This document shows, piece after piece, positions 19,906 to 29,708 of a DNA stretch of 64,000 nt. Source of the stretch: an uncultured Poribacteria bacterium (GTDB lineage: Bacteria > Poribacteria > WGA-4E > PCPOR2b); assembly GCA_958296125.1 (NCBI GenBank), contig OY282444.1, forward strand, positions 2,697,623 to 2,761,622, in the 5' to 3' direction. Position numbers and translations under genes: made by a program. Below the pieces are notes generated by a model. That model made no database searches and had not been told where the DNA came from. It worked only from the letters and a program-made list of their open reading frames with translations. Each line of letters begins with the position of its first letter. Position 1 is the stretch's first letter.

Positions 19906-20391
19906 ATTAACAAATTTTCCTGTAGGATGAGGAGTACATCAAATTTCTACTAGGGCTATTTTCGGGATTCTCTTGAAACGGAAGGTTCCTCTCGGACTTG
20001 CCCCACAGTTTGTAGTAGCGCAATTCATTGCGCGTTCTGATGCCGATTGTCGTGGGCATCTGTTATCCGTGTCATCCCTTAATCCGTAATCTCTACGCGT
20101 TAGAATATAGTATATCACATCATGGTGGGATTGCAACGTCGGAGTTGCCAACAGAGATTAGGGAGGAGTGCCTATCCTTTGCGCGGGAAACGCTCGTGGC
20201 AAGTTGGGGTACTGAAGCTGCAGATACGGTTATGGCTGAGGTGCGTTCACACTTAGGGCTATAGATGATGGTAATTTGTCGCATCTAAGAACGTGCCCCT
20301 GCTAAAATCGTCCCAATCAGTGCCATAGCTTTAACGGTATCATTCCTTTTTCCAGGGCTGATACCGCTTTTTTGTGCTCACAAGTTATTGC

Positions 20392-21084
20392 TCAGATCTC
20401 CGGTTCCGCGTCCGACTTATCCTGTGGGTGGTAGTCGATGACCTGCCGCCCATGTTCCAGATCATAAAGTGCCCATGTGCTATCTGAAACGCCGAACACA
20501 ACCTCGAACTTCACCCCCGGCTGTGTCACTGCCTGCTCGAACACACGAGCCGCGTCGCCGTGGCTCAGTTGATGGGGGTGTGTAGGGAGATCGCGATCTC
20601 GCTTGAAATTACCGATCCGAACCGAGACACATTCCATGTTGAACCGGGCTGAGTACATATAGCCCAGACTTTCTCCGAAGACTTTGCTGATGGAATAGTA
20701 GGTCTCCGGTCGGGGCATCATATCAACCGTCCGCATGATGTCCTTGGGGTATGGTGCGAGCAGGCCTGCACGGCTAGCGAAGGCGATGCGACGCGCACCG
20801 TTTTGTCGTGCGGCTTCAAAGACATTGTAGGTGCCGATAATGTTATTCTGAAGTATATCTTCCCACGGTGCGCCGCCGGAGGGGTTGCCTGCGAGGTGAA
20901 TCACAACCTCCATGTCCTGAGTGGCTTGGAGCACAGCGTCAAAGTCCGTGACATCCCCAACAATCGCATCTTCAATATCTGGCATTGGTACGCGGTCAAA
21001 CCCGCGCAGCGTATACCGGTCTTTCAGTCCTTTCACGACCGCCGTACCAACAGCCCCGGCGGCACCGGTGACGAGGATTTTCAT
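20392..21084 (-). CDS. NAD(P)-binding epimerase/dehydratase-like protein
   Basis: Start at ATG 21084 after GGAGAGGGAG RBS gives MKILVTGAAGAVGTAVVKGL. The longer ORF to 21291 would overlap the next gene. Confidence 0.7.
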   Translation of the reverse strand: MKILVTGAAGAVGTAVVKGLKDRYTLRGFDRVPMPDIEDAIVGDVTDFDAVLQATQDMEVVIHLAGNPSGGAPWEDILQNNIIGTYNVFEAARQNGARRIAFASRAGLLAPYPKDIMRTVDMMPRPETYYSISKVFGESLGYMYSARFNMECVSVRIGNFKRDRDLPTHPHQLSHGDAARVFEQAVTQPGVKFEVVFGVSDSTWALYDLEHGRQVIDYHPQDKSDAEPEI

Positions 21085-21136
21085 CTCCCTCTCCTTTTCT
21101 AACACCAATCCGCTAATCGCGCAAATTCGCGTGGAT

Positions 21137-22033
21137 TCATGGTTTCCAAATCTCTCTGAGTCTCGGCAAGAGAATTTCCGTGTTCCGGTCATGAATTTCG
21201 CCACACCAAACGTTATTCGTTTCAACACTAGATTTGTCGTATGACGCTTGGATAAGTGCTGGTAGCGGGAGTTGATGAAATCGAGTCTCAAAATATCCGT
21301 CGTCCCGGAGTTGAATCTCCCGAAACCCCATCGGAAAACCGATCAGACATGCGGTGTCAACAATGAGGAAATCACGATACATCCGGATCCGGTTGATATG
21401 CCGATGCCCTGTGAAGAGCGCGACGATGGCAGGACTCTCCTTCACGGTTTCCAACAACCGATCTGCACCGTTGAGGATTCCCTTTCCTTCCGCATCGCTT
21501 GGCAGCACCCATGTATGGAGAAACAGCAGCATTGCATACCCTTCGTCATGAGCCTTTTCCGCTTCCTTGCGGAGGGCATTGTCGAGGGTATCAGTCCAGA
21601 TGCCGTTGCCATCTTGGATTGGGTCGCATTGGTGATAGATGTTGGCGAGCGCGAGGCGAAGGCGTGGGGCGGCATCAACAACCTTGAGCGTTTCGGGGAT
21701 GTCGAATCTTTCCGCAAACGCCTCAAAAGACCCCTGTTGGGCATCGGAATCGTGGTTGCCGGGGACACAATACATCGGTGCCTCAAAGTTGGCAAAAGTT
21801 GTCGCAACATCCTCAATCGATTGCAGATAGGTCGTCCACGGCAGATCAAACGCACTACCACCACAGAGAAAATCACCGCCGTGAACGATGAAATCAGGTT
21901 TGATCGGATTGACCGCTGGCGCGATTGCGTCGAGGACGGTCTTGCTCTGCGTCAGCATTTTCGGTGCGCCGTAATCTTTCGGCGCACCGGGGTAATAATG
22001 GCTGTCGGTCAAAAAAGCGAAATGAACAGACAT
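21137..22033 (-). CDS. Metallophosphoesterase (calcineurin-like)
   Basis: DSHYY...GGDF...GNHDSD...GHRH metal-ligand motifs. Confidence 0.75.
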   Translation of the reverse strand: MSVHFAFLTDSHYYPGAPKDYGAPKMLTQSKTVLDAIAPAVNPIKPDFIVHGGDFLCGGSAFDLPWTTYLQSIEDVATTFANFEAPMYCVPGNHDSDAQQGSFEAFAERFDIPETLKVVDAAPRLRLALANIYHQCDPIQDGNGIWTDTLDNALRKEAEKAHDEGYAMLLFLHTWVLPSDAEGKGILNGADRLLETVKESPAIVALFTGHRHINRIRMYRDFLIVDTACLIGFPMGFREIQLRDDGYFETRFHQLPLPALIQASYDKSSVETNNVWCGEIHDRNTEILLPRLREIWKP

Positions 22034-22046
22034 AATATCTCCAAAC

Positions 22047-22640
22047 TTAGATGTGTGGACCGCGTTCCCGGATGATTCTAATTGCCAAATCTGGGTCGAT
22101 CTGGAAAATCATCTCAGGTTCAATCTTGCAGTGTCCCGGTAGATCGAAGCCTGCGACAGCACTTCGCGCGTGCCAACCCGATAGTGAGGAGTCCATACCA
22201 TCTTCAGCCGATTCGGATAACGGCCCGCCAAACACATCATGAAACGCCTTCGTATAGCCATCCACAACTTGGGGCGATTTTGAGAAAGACCCTCCACCGT
22301 GTGAGTTGACCATCCCGATACACTTGACGCAGTACCAGACATCGTTCAAGTTGCCAAAAGGTTCCAATCCCCAGTGCAGGGAAAGGATGTGGCTGATGCC
22401 TGCCTCTCGACCAGCCTGGTAACCGTCTTCCACATCTTGATCGTCGTTGGTCACCGGTCCTGTGCCAGCACCCGTCCCCGAAGCGAAGACCAGACCAGAC
22501 GGGGTAAAGGTGAGGTTACAGATACGCCGACCGCGGGGATCGGAAATTGCATCGGCTTTTGTTCCTAGGTCAATGCCGAGCGCGCTGAGTCTGTCGTATA
22601 CATCGAAATCACGTTTCCAAGAACTATGTATTTCTGTCAT
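22047..22640 (-). CDS. RidA/YjgF-family protein (long form)
   Basis: C-terminal SGWHARSAVAGFDLPGHCKIEPEMIFQI matches the RidA signature (ARSav...LP...vEie). Start at ATG 22640 after GGAGG RBS. Confidence 0.55.
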   Translation of the reverse strand: MTEIHSSWKRDFDVYDRLSALGIDLGTKADAISDPRGRRICNLTFTPSGLVFASGTGAGTGPVTNDDQDVEDGYQAGREAGISHILSLHWGLEPFGNLNDVWYCVKCIGMVNSHGGGSFSKSPQVVDGYTKAFHDVFGGPLSESAEDGMDSSLSGWHARSAVAGFDLPGHCKIEPEMIFQIDPDLAIRIIRERGPHI

Positions 22641-22783
22641 TTCATTTCCTCCGTAGGAAGTTTTGGTTTTGATAAAGTAATTCAAATTGCTAGTAGTAGG
22701 CATACTCTGTATGCCGTAACCTTCATTAACTTAACGCAAATTGCTAGTTATTGAAATTTCATCAATTTCCTTGATTGTGGCGT

Positions 22784-22799
22784 AGGTTTCCTAACCTGT
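22784..22799. repeat. 16-bp palindrome CAGGTTTCCTAACCTG-type motif (copy 1)
   Basis: AGGTTTCCTAACCTG shared exactly with 57342..57357. Confidence 0.5.
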
Positions 22800-22944
22800 G
22801 GGACGATTGGGTTGTATAGTTATTCAGTTGACTTTTCAAAATCAACATTTGGGGTGTCGAGATATGAATCTCAACCTACTACCTGTATTGGACCGAGTGG
22901 CAGAGTCGGGCTAGGAAGCCCAACCTACGGAAGTTGGGAATCCG

Positions 22945-23847
22945 CTATTGGACAATGCTTTCGGGCGAGAAGGCTCCCACCGCTAACCGGGTGATCTCTG
23001 CAATCGCCTCATCCCCACGGATGCCATCACCGTTGGCAAGTGCAAACGCAGAGACAACGAGGGGACCCGTTAGGAGAAAGATAAGACCAACATCCCCTTT
23101 GATGCGTCCACTCGATCCAATCTTGTGCCCAATTGGGATGTCGGGTTTTAAGTCGCGAGCGATCATACGGCGGTCATTGCAAAGTTTGAGCATTTCGATC
23201 ATCGTTGTGGATGCCTGTGGACTGACAATCTGACCGGCGTGAAGTTGTTTCAGGATACTCCCCATGTCCCTTGGAGTGGCGACGTTGTTCTCCAGAGAAT
23301 CCTGAAAGGATATGCTGTTAAAGTCAACGCCCTGCGTCTGTGCCCGTTTGTGTTGCAATACATCGTTTTCTCGATTGCACGGCACATCATCCATGCCGAA
23401 CATCCGATAGTGATAGCGGCCTAGGGTCACACTGGTTCGGGTATTGGGGAAGCCCATCGCATCCAGCGTGGTGTTGACAGATTCCAACCCAACCACCCTT
23501 AAGAGAAAATCGGTCGCCATGTTATCGCTGATGCCAATCATCAACCGACAATAATCGCGTAGCGTCAGCTCCGGCGCATCTTCCATCAGCTTTAGCGTCC
23601 CTGATCCGTGGGTAGAGATGTTTCCTTGCAGCCGATAACGTTCATCAAGAGAAAGACTGCCAATCTCAACCTGACGAAACAACTCAATCATCACTGGAAT
23701 TTTGCAGACACTCGCAGTGGGGAAGCGTTGGTCTGCGTTATATTCATGCGTGATGCCAGTAGTCAGGTCTTCAATGTAGAAGCCGATTCGTCCGCGAAAA
23801 TCCACCGCAATTTGGTCACATACTGCTGTTGGAAACTGCTTGTTCAT
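22945..23847 (-). CDS. Serine hydrolase, class A beta-lactamase-like
   Basis: SxxK (SVCK), SDN, and KxG-like (KIGSSG) motifs in the order expected for class A beta-lactamase-related hydrolases. Confidence 0.65.
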   Translation of the reverse strand: MNKQFPTAVCDQIAVDFRGRIGFYIEDLTTGITHEYNADQRFPTASVCKIPVMIELFRQVEIGSLSLDERYRLQGNISTHGSGTLKLMEDAPELTLRDYCRLMIGISDNMATDFLLRVVGLESVNTTLDAMGFPNTRTSVTLGRYHYRMFGMDDVPCNRENDVLQHKRAQTQGVDFNSISFQDSLENNVATPRDMGSILKQLHAGQIVSPQASTTMIEMLKLCNDRRMIARDLKPDIPIGHKIGSSGRIKGDVGLIFLLTGPLVVSAFALANGDGIRGDEAIAEITRLAVGAFSPESIVQ

Positions 23848-24062
23848 TGTTTACCAATGGCATCTTTCTGTTGGCGGGAAAATGTGATCACAGATGAGAC
23901 AGATGACATAGATGAACACGGAGGTGGGAATTTCGTAGAGAACAACAATCGTTATCCCCTACACCAGCATAGTGTCACTCAAGGGAGCAGCTTCCAGCGG
24001 TGTCCACGAGATGTAGTTGAAATCTATCTTTATCCGTTAATCTGTGCTATCCGTGATCGAAT

Positions 24063-25175
24063 TTAACCGGCGAGTAAGGCTCTCAACCTCTGGGCGATGG
24101 TGTGTTCATCGCCTTCCTCTAGGTTGTCAACCCTGACGACCACGGTATCTTCGCCTTCGCCGCCGACTTTGATGCAGGGATTACTGGCATCAAGTGCCTC
24201 AATGAGTTCGCGAGCACTACGCGCCGACTCCGCTGCATTAATGACGACGTGGAGTTCGACCCCCCAATATCTCTGTGTGGAGACTTCTTTCGTTTCTTCC
24301 ACACCGGGTGCTCCCTCAATTGCGCGCTCAATGACAGCGAACTTTTTACGGTATTCGTCGAAGCGTTCCTCATGGTCCATCGTGAACCATTCATCGAGGG
24401 CGACAGTCAGTCCGATGATTTCCTGTCGGTCTATTTTCATCCCGCGTCCCAAGGGGCGGGGCCCGATAAAACCGTGGGCTGCTACTGCTTGGATCAGGTC
24501 CTTCTTTCCAGCCACAAACCCAGCCGAGTGGGGACCGTGGACATATTTGCCGCCGAAACAGACCAAGTCAGCCGATGTAGCGGTGTCTTGAAAGTAATCG
24601 ATCGGGAAGATTTGTGAAGCGGCATCGGCGATGACAAGCACGTTATGCGCGTGTGCGATTCTGACCGTATCTTCAAGCGAGACAACGACGGTGTCCGGAT
24701 CGGGACTGACAAAGTGGATAACAGCCGCGGTCTGCGGACCGATTGCAGCTTCCAACTGCTCCGCCGTGCACCCATTTTCGTCGCCAGCCACCACTAGCTT
24801 GCTCCCCGGCAAGGTGTAAGCTCGGTCAAAGCCGTATCGCTGCTTTGCTTGGATGATGATTTCGTCTTTCATACCGGTGGTGTCTGGGAGCTGATCCATT
24901 TTTTCTGGGTCATTGCCGGTGATACACGCGGCGGTAGACAGCACCATAGCAGCATAACAGCCAGCCGTGACATAAGCAGCTTCTGCACCCACCAGAGAAG
25001 CGATGTGGTCTCCAGATTTTTCGAGCAGCTCCTCCATGTCCACGAAGTGCTGTTCCGCTTCTTCCATTGCCTGCTTGACTATCGGGGTAGGGGTTGAGCC
25101 ACCCATAGCGGTAGAATTGCCCGCAGCGTTGATAATTGGGATTGCCCCCAGTCTCGCGTAAATATTTTCACTCAT
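24063..25175 (-). CDS. SelA-like PLP-dependent enzyme (L-seryl-tRNA(Sec) selenium transferase-related / DgaE-like ammonia-lyase family)
   Basis: GGKYVHGPHSAG resembles the SelA/DgaE PLP-lysine loop; 370 aa, lacks the SelA N-terminal domain. Start at ATG 25175 after AAGGAGAT RBS. Confidence 0.6.
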   Translation of the reverse strand: MSENIYARLGAIPIINAAGNSTAMGGSTPTPIVKQAMEEAEQHFVDMEELLEKSGDHIASLVGAEAAYVTAGCYAAMVLSTAACITGNDPEKMDQLPDTTGMKDEIIIQAKQRYGFDRAYTLPGSKLVVAGDENGCTAEQLEAAIGPQTAAVIHFVSPDPDTVVVSLEDTVRIAHAHNVLVIADAASQIFPIDYFQDTATSADLVCFGGKYVHGPHSAGFVAGKKDLIQAVAAHGFIGPRPLGRGMKIDRQEIIGLTVALDEWFTMDHEERFDEYRKKFAVIERAIEGAPGVEETKEVSTQRYWGVELHVVINAAESARSARELIEALDASNPCIKVGGEGEDTVVVRVDNLEEGDEHTIAQRLRALLAG

Positions 25176-25291
25176 CAAAAATCTCCTTAATTGTGTATTG
25201 TGTCCCGATTCCGTTGTATCGTTTCGATGCACTGAACAACGATCGCTGTTTCCCACGGAATCGAGATTTACATGCAATCATCCCAAAAGGA

Positions 25292-26098
25292 CTAGGCGGC
25301 AAGCAATTCGCGTAGATACTTAGCCGCTCGCCTGAAGGTTTCCTTATCATCGCATTCGTTGGCATCTTTGCCTTCAAATGTGATGGACATACAGCCGTTA
25401 AAATTCGCTGATTTCAAAATTTCAACGATGCGCTCATAATCTAGCCACTCCTCGTGCCCGCTATCCACTTTATAAATTTTAGCACGGACATACGAAGCGT
25501 AGGGGGCGGTCTGCTCCATAAACTTGTAGGTATCTATGTCCGGATTCAACATCCCGCGGTTCTGTGAAGGGGAGCCCACCCACTGACCGGTGTCCAGAAT
25601 AAAGGTGAAATTCTCGCGGTTTGTCTCATGCAGGAGGCGCAGAACCCCGTCTCCGGTGCACGGATGGTTCTGTACCCCAACAATAACGCCCTTTTCAGCC
25701 GCGGCATCACAAAGCTCTTGGAAACATTCGACTTCACGCGCTTTCCCTTGGTCGGTCTCCGGCGTGACTCCACAGAATGATCTGACCATCGGTGCACCTA
25801 AGAAAACCGCCATCTCCAAATCCGCTTTGCACCGGATCATTTTCTGCTGTAATTCATCTTCCGTACCTACAAAATGACCGCCGGTCGCTAGGTAACCAAT
25901 GGGGAGTCCGGCTTTGAGGCACTTAATCTTGATAGCGCGCAGATAATCGGGACCCTGCGAGCGAAAGCCTACATCGGCACGGAAATCGATGACATCTAGT
26001 TTCAACTCGTAGGCAAAGTCGATTACATCTTCAACATAAGGAAGTGTTTTTGGATCGTCCTTGCCAAAATACGAACCGTAAATACCGAGTTTAATCAT
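25292..26098 (-). CDS. Sugar phosphate isomerase/epimerase (xylose isomerase-like TIM barrel)
   Basis: Paralog of 14694..15494; overall similarity is visible (IGVQNHP vs LVGLQNHNHN; ...YERIVEILKSANFNGCMSITFEG). Confidence 0.8.
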   Translation of the reverse strand: MIKLGIYGSYFGKDDPKTLPYVEDVIDFAYELKLDVIDFRADVGFRSQGPDYLRAIKIKCLKAGLPIGYLATGGHFVGTEDELQQKMIRCKADLEMAVFLGAPMVRSFCGVTPETDQGKAREVECFQELCDAAAEKGVIVGVQNHPCTGDGVLRLLHETNRENFTFILDTGQWVGSPSQNRGMLNPDIDTYKFMEQTAPYASYVRAKIYKVDSGHEEWLDYERIVEILKSANFNGCMSITFEGKDANECDDKETFRRAAKYLRELLAA

Positions 26099-26142
26099 AA
26101 AGACTCCTTAACTGCAATGTTGAGAAGGATTGCGTTGCCGAG

Positions 26143-26511
26143 CTAGAGCTCAACAGGCGCACTGATATTCAGGTACTCAATCTCGTCTTCGCCATCGTTG
26201 ATGACCCCATGCTTTGTCTTGGGAGGTAGATGCACGGCATCACCTGCTGTTACTGGGTATTCCTTACCATCAATCAACATTTTGCCACGTCCTTTGATAA
26301 AGTAGTAGACCTGTTCTTTGTCTTGATGATCGTGGTAATCCGTCGTGATCCGTCCTTGAACGACGTGGCGCGTGAAATTGCTCAGTCCTAGCAGACACGC
26401 CACTTCCGGTGGATCGGCACTTTCACTCCCAGCGCGTGTCAGTATGGGCCAAATAATCTTGCTCTCGTGCCCGACATAAGGAATTGAATCACGCCAATTT
26501 CGTATAATCAT
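26143..26511 (-). CDS. Cupin domain protein
   Basis: 122 aa; the two-His cupin motif region (HDHQDKEQVYYFIKGRGKM...GDAVHLPPKTKHGV). Confidence 0.65.
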   Translation of the reverse strand: MIIRNWRDSIPYVGHESKIIWPILTRAGSESADPPEVACLLGLSNFTRHVVQGRITTDYHDHQDKEQVYYFIKGRGKMLIDGKEYPVTAGDAVHLPPKTKHGVINDGEDEIEYLNISAPVEL

Positions 26512-26691
26512 GATGACCTCCTGCTTGGTTTGTGAAGTTGTTGCCTATTGGATAGGATAATATTTGCTAGGGCTTGATTACCAGTGTGTCTATCGAATCC
26601 TGACTGTAATACCGCAAAAAGCTTCAAGCAAACACCTCAACCGCATCGTGTCGTAGGTGCACCTCCAGTTGAGGATTCTTTACATCTAACA

Positions 26692-26889
26692 TCAACTCCA
26701 AAACTTCGCGCATATTACGGAGGGTTTCTTGGAGTGTTCTTCCTTGCGTGAAACAGGAGTTCTTATGCTGCAGCGCGAGTATATTGTATGTCGTCTGCCT
26801 TCACGCAGGACTTCAAAGCCATGTTCGCGGAGTGCTTGGAGGATGTTGCGCCGCTTGTCTTGTAGCTCATGATTTTTCCAATCGGACAT
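26692..26889 (-). CDS. Possible HicA-family toxin-like small protein (orphan)
   Basis: LQALREHGFEVLREGRRHTIYSR resembles the HicA (YcfA) dsRBD-like motif GFxxxRxxGSHxxY. No HicB partner adjacent. Confidence 0.3.
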   Translation of the reverse strand: MSDWKNHELQDKRRNILQALREHGFEVLREGRRHTIYSRCSIRTPVSRKEEHSKKPSVICAKFWS

Positions 26890-26896
26890 CTCACCC

Positions 26897-27760
26897 TTAT
26901 TCCCGGACTGAATGAGCAATCGGATTTTCGCCGATCCAGCGGTCATCTACCGGCTCCAACGCCAATTGATAACGCGTGTCGGAAGATAACCGAATCCGAT
27001 CTGAGCGATTGTCAAGCGAGCAGTGCATCGTATACATACTGAACACTAGCAGATCTCCGGCGCGAAAGTCGGTTGTTAGCCAGCGGCATCCGAGTTCCTT
27101 CTGAATCGCTGCGGGGTCTTTGCCGTATTGCCCGCCTGTCTTTTTCCAGTTACCTTGCTTATCTACGTCCATCTGCCCATAAGTTGCTTTGAGCTCTTCC
27201 AGACGATGGGACTTTTCAAGCACCATCAGCGCGGCATCGCTCAAGGGAGCATCCCCCAACGGTGTCCACGAGGTGTATAGATTCGGGGTGCCTCGTCCCA
27301 TATACACGATGTCGTAATGCGGCGCGCTAGATCTGCCGGGGCCCATCACGCGCATCCAGATAAAATCAAACGATCTGACCTCACCGCCGAGGAATGCGGT
27401 GTAGAAATCGATCATCCGACCGGAATGCACCAACTTCCGCACAGCGGGTAACTTCCCCAACGCCGCATGGCTGCCGATTGCCGAGCGAAATTTACCGTTA
27501 TTGCTCTTTGCTGCTCGTGCCTCCATGAGAGGATGGTTTTCATCGATCATTTCATGTTCAGCCAACACCTCAAGCACAGATCGCCGGGCATCCATGACCC
27601 ACTTTAGATCCAAGTAGTCGTGGAGTAGGAGATAGCCGTCCTCTGCCATTCGTTCCCTCAAGGCGGGCATGTCATCGAGCAGATCGTTTGATTCACGCAA
27701 CTCGCCGAATGCATCCGGTGCCATATCTAGCGGTATACCGTTTGAAGTCAGTTGTTCCAT
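26897..27760 (-). CDS. Phytanoyl-CoA dioxygenase (PhyH) family protein
   Basis: PhyH-like fold motifs (HYD...H). Start at ATG 27760 after AGGAG RBS. Confidence 0.75.
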   Translation of the reverse strand: MEQLTSNGIPLDMAPDAFGELRESNDLLDDMPALRERMAEDGYLLLHDYLDLKWVMDARRSVLEVLAEHEMIDENHPLMEARAAKSNNGKFRSAIGSHAALGKLPAVRKLVHSGRMIDFYTAFLGGEVRSFDFIWMRVMGPGRSSAPHYDIVYMGRGTPNLYTSWTPLGDAPLSDAALMVLEKSHRLEELKATYGQMDVDKQGNWKKTGGQYGKDPAAIQKELGCRWLTTDFRAGDLLVFSMYTMHCSLDNRSDRIRLSSDTRYQLALEPVDDRWIGENPIAHSVRE

Positions 27761-27814
27761 TGCTCCTATCCTTCCTGTTCCAATGCCCTGATCCGGACTT
27801 GCCGCTTCTGGCAA

Positions 27815-28582
27815 TTAGACCGCAGTCCATCCGCCATCAACGAGGAGTGTGTGTCCGGTGACCATACCAGCTACGTCGCTTGCGAGGTAGATGACCGCTG
27901 CCGCTATTTCTCTCGGCTCTGCAATCCTCCCCATCAGAACGTTTTCGATTACTATTTTGTGAAATTCCGGATTCTGCATCGCTATTTCCGAAAGCGGCGT
28001 ACGGGTGACGGTTGGTGCGACCGAGTTGACCGTGATGCCATGCGGTGCCCATTCTGCGGCTAACGATTTGGTGAGTAGGCAAACGGCACCTTTCGCACCA
28101 CTGTAGGGTGCTCGAAGCGGTCCACCCACAACGCCAACCTGTGAACTGATGTTGATGATGCGCCCCTGAATACCCCCCTCAATCATCGATTTCGCCGCCA
28201 TCTGGCTCATGAAAAACGTGCCCTTAAAGTTTACGTCTACAATGTAATCAAAGTCTTCTTCAGTGAAATCAAGCGCGGGTTGGACTTTGTTGACTCCGGC
28301 ATTGTTAACTAACACATCAATTCTGCCAAAGGTATCAAGTGTTTTCCGTACAAATTCCTCAATGCTTGAAACCTCTGCAACGTCCAACTGCCACGCTTCT
28401 GCACGTTGACCCGTTTTGCGAACCGCCTCCGCCACTTGTTCAACCTCACTTACGGTGCGGCTCCCTGCAACGATGTCCGCTCCGGTGCCTGCACAAGCCA
28501 GCGCAATTTCCTTACCGATACCTTTCCCCGCACCGGTTACGAGAACAACCTTGTTGGTCAACGAAAAATCGATTGATGCCAT
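27815..28582 (-). CDS. SDR family oxidoreductase
   Basis: VTGAGKGIGKEIAL, NNAG, SxnYxxxK catalytic signature. Confidence 0.85.
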   Translation of the reverse strand: MASIDFSLTNKVVLVTGAGKGIGKEIALACAGTGADIVAGSRTVSEVEQVAEAVRKTGQRAEAWQLDVAEVSSIEEFVRKTLDTFGRIDVLVNNAGVNKVQPALDFTEEDFDYIVDVNFKGTFFMSQMAAKSMIEGGIQGRIINISSQVGVVGGPLRAPYSGAKGAVCLLTKSLAAEWAPHGITVNSVAPTVTRTPLSEIAMQNPEFHKIVIENVLMGRIAEPREIAAAVIYLASDVAGMVTGHTLLVDGGWTAV

Positions 28583-28618
28583 CTATTCATTTCCTTCTAA
28601 ACCGTTATGACAGTGTAT

Positions 28619-29491
28619 TTATGGTGTCTGGGGCCAACGATAACGTGGCCATTCAGGGTATCTACTTGCGTTTCGATCGACGCGTTCAACTTCGGTGACC
28701 CATGCCTGGCAGTTGGGTGTCTCCAATTCGGGGTTTGAGCGACTCCGGGCGACAAAGCCGGGGACATACCAACGTCCCGTCGGTTTCCCAAGTGCTTGGT
28801 AGCGCAAGTCCATGCTCCAACGGATGGTATCCGTGTGATTGACCCGCGAACCGTGCGGGGTCATACTGCTGAACATCACCATGCTGCCTACCTTTGTGGG
28901 GAGTGGCTGCCGCTCTGCCTCTGAGACATCTTCGAGCGGGATATTCAGCCCGCCTTCACCCCAGAGATGGCGCAAAACCCCCTCTTTATGCCGACGTGGG
29001 GCAACCCATATGCATCCATTCTCAATCGTGGTATCGACGAGCGGTATCAAGCACGCCAGAATCAACGTCTCATCACCATCGGGCAGGTAGTATCCCGCAT
29101 CCTGATGCGGACTGGTATATCCTCCCGGTAGCCGTGGATGGATGTTATAGGAGGGATGGCACAGGATATCGGGCCCCACTAGTGACTCCACCCGGTCAAG
29201 AATTTTGGGATGTTTCATGAACTGAAACAATCCCTCATCTTTATGAGCACGGGTTTGGAGTGCCGAGGCTGCTTCAGGTGCTGCGGCAGCAATCTTCGCC
29301 AACCGCCGCTCAAATGACTCATTTTCGTACAAGCTATTCACTCGTCCATCTTGATAAAGTTGCTGCGCCTGCACTTCGACAACAGCACTGAACTCGTCCT
29401 TCACCGGGCGCAGATCATCGGCGGTGAAAAGGTTCTCGATGATCAGGTAGCCTTCTTCTTTGAATGCTGCAATTTGTGAATCGTTAAGCAT
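28619..29491 (-). CDS. Phytanoyl-CoA dioxygenase (PhyH) family protein
   Basis: N-terminus MLNDSQIAAFKEEGYLIIENLF plus HQD...H iron-binding triad. Confidence 0.75.
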   Translation of the reverse strand: MLNDSQIAAFKEEGYLIIENLFTADDLRPVKDEFSAVVEVQAQQLYQDGRVNSLYENESFERRLAKIAAAAPEAASALQTRAHKDEGLFQFMKHPKILDRVESLVGPDILCHPSYNIHPRLPGGYTSPHQDAGYYLPDGDETLILACLIPLVDTTIENGCIWVAPRRHKEGVLRHLWGEGGLNIPLEDVSEAERQPLPTKVGSMVMFSSMTPHGSRVNHTDTIRWSMDLRYQALGKPTGRWYVPGFVARSRSNPELETPNCQAWVTEVERVDRNASRYPEWPRYRWPQTP

Positions 29492-29708
29492 GTCGCAAAT
29501 GGTTCCTCACTCATTTTACGGAGGAAAAACTCCGTTGATCTGGCAGACATTATAGCACGATTAGAAAAAAAAGGGTAAAAAAATCAGACCAAATTAACAA
29601 ACGGCTTGCGATCTGTCCCCCAAAAGTGTAACATAGTAAATAGGCACACACAAAGTGTATAAGTCTGACAGAGTGGAAGCGCGTTCATCCGCGCAGAAAG
29701 GAATCAGT

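Noticed and set aside
20392-21291. Full 299-aa ORF for the second epimerase extending to 21291
   Set aside because: Would overlap the 3' end of the metallophosphoesterase gene. An internal ATG at 21084 with strong RBS gives the canonical MKILVTGAAG Rossmann start.
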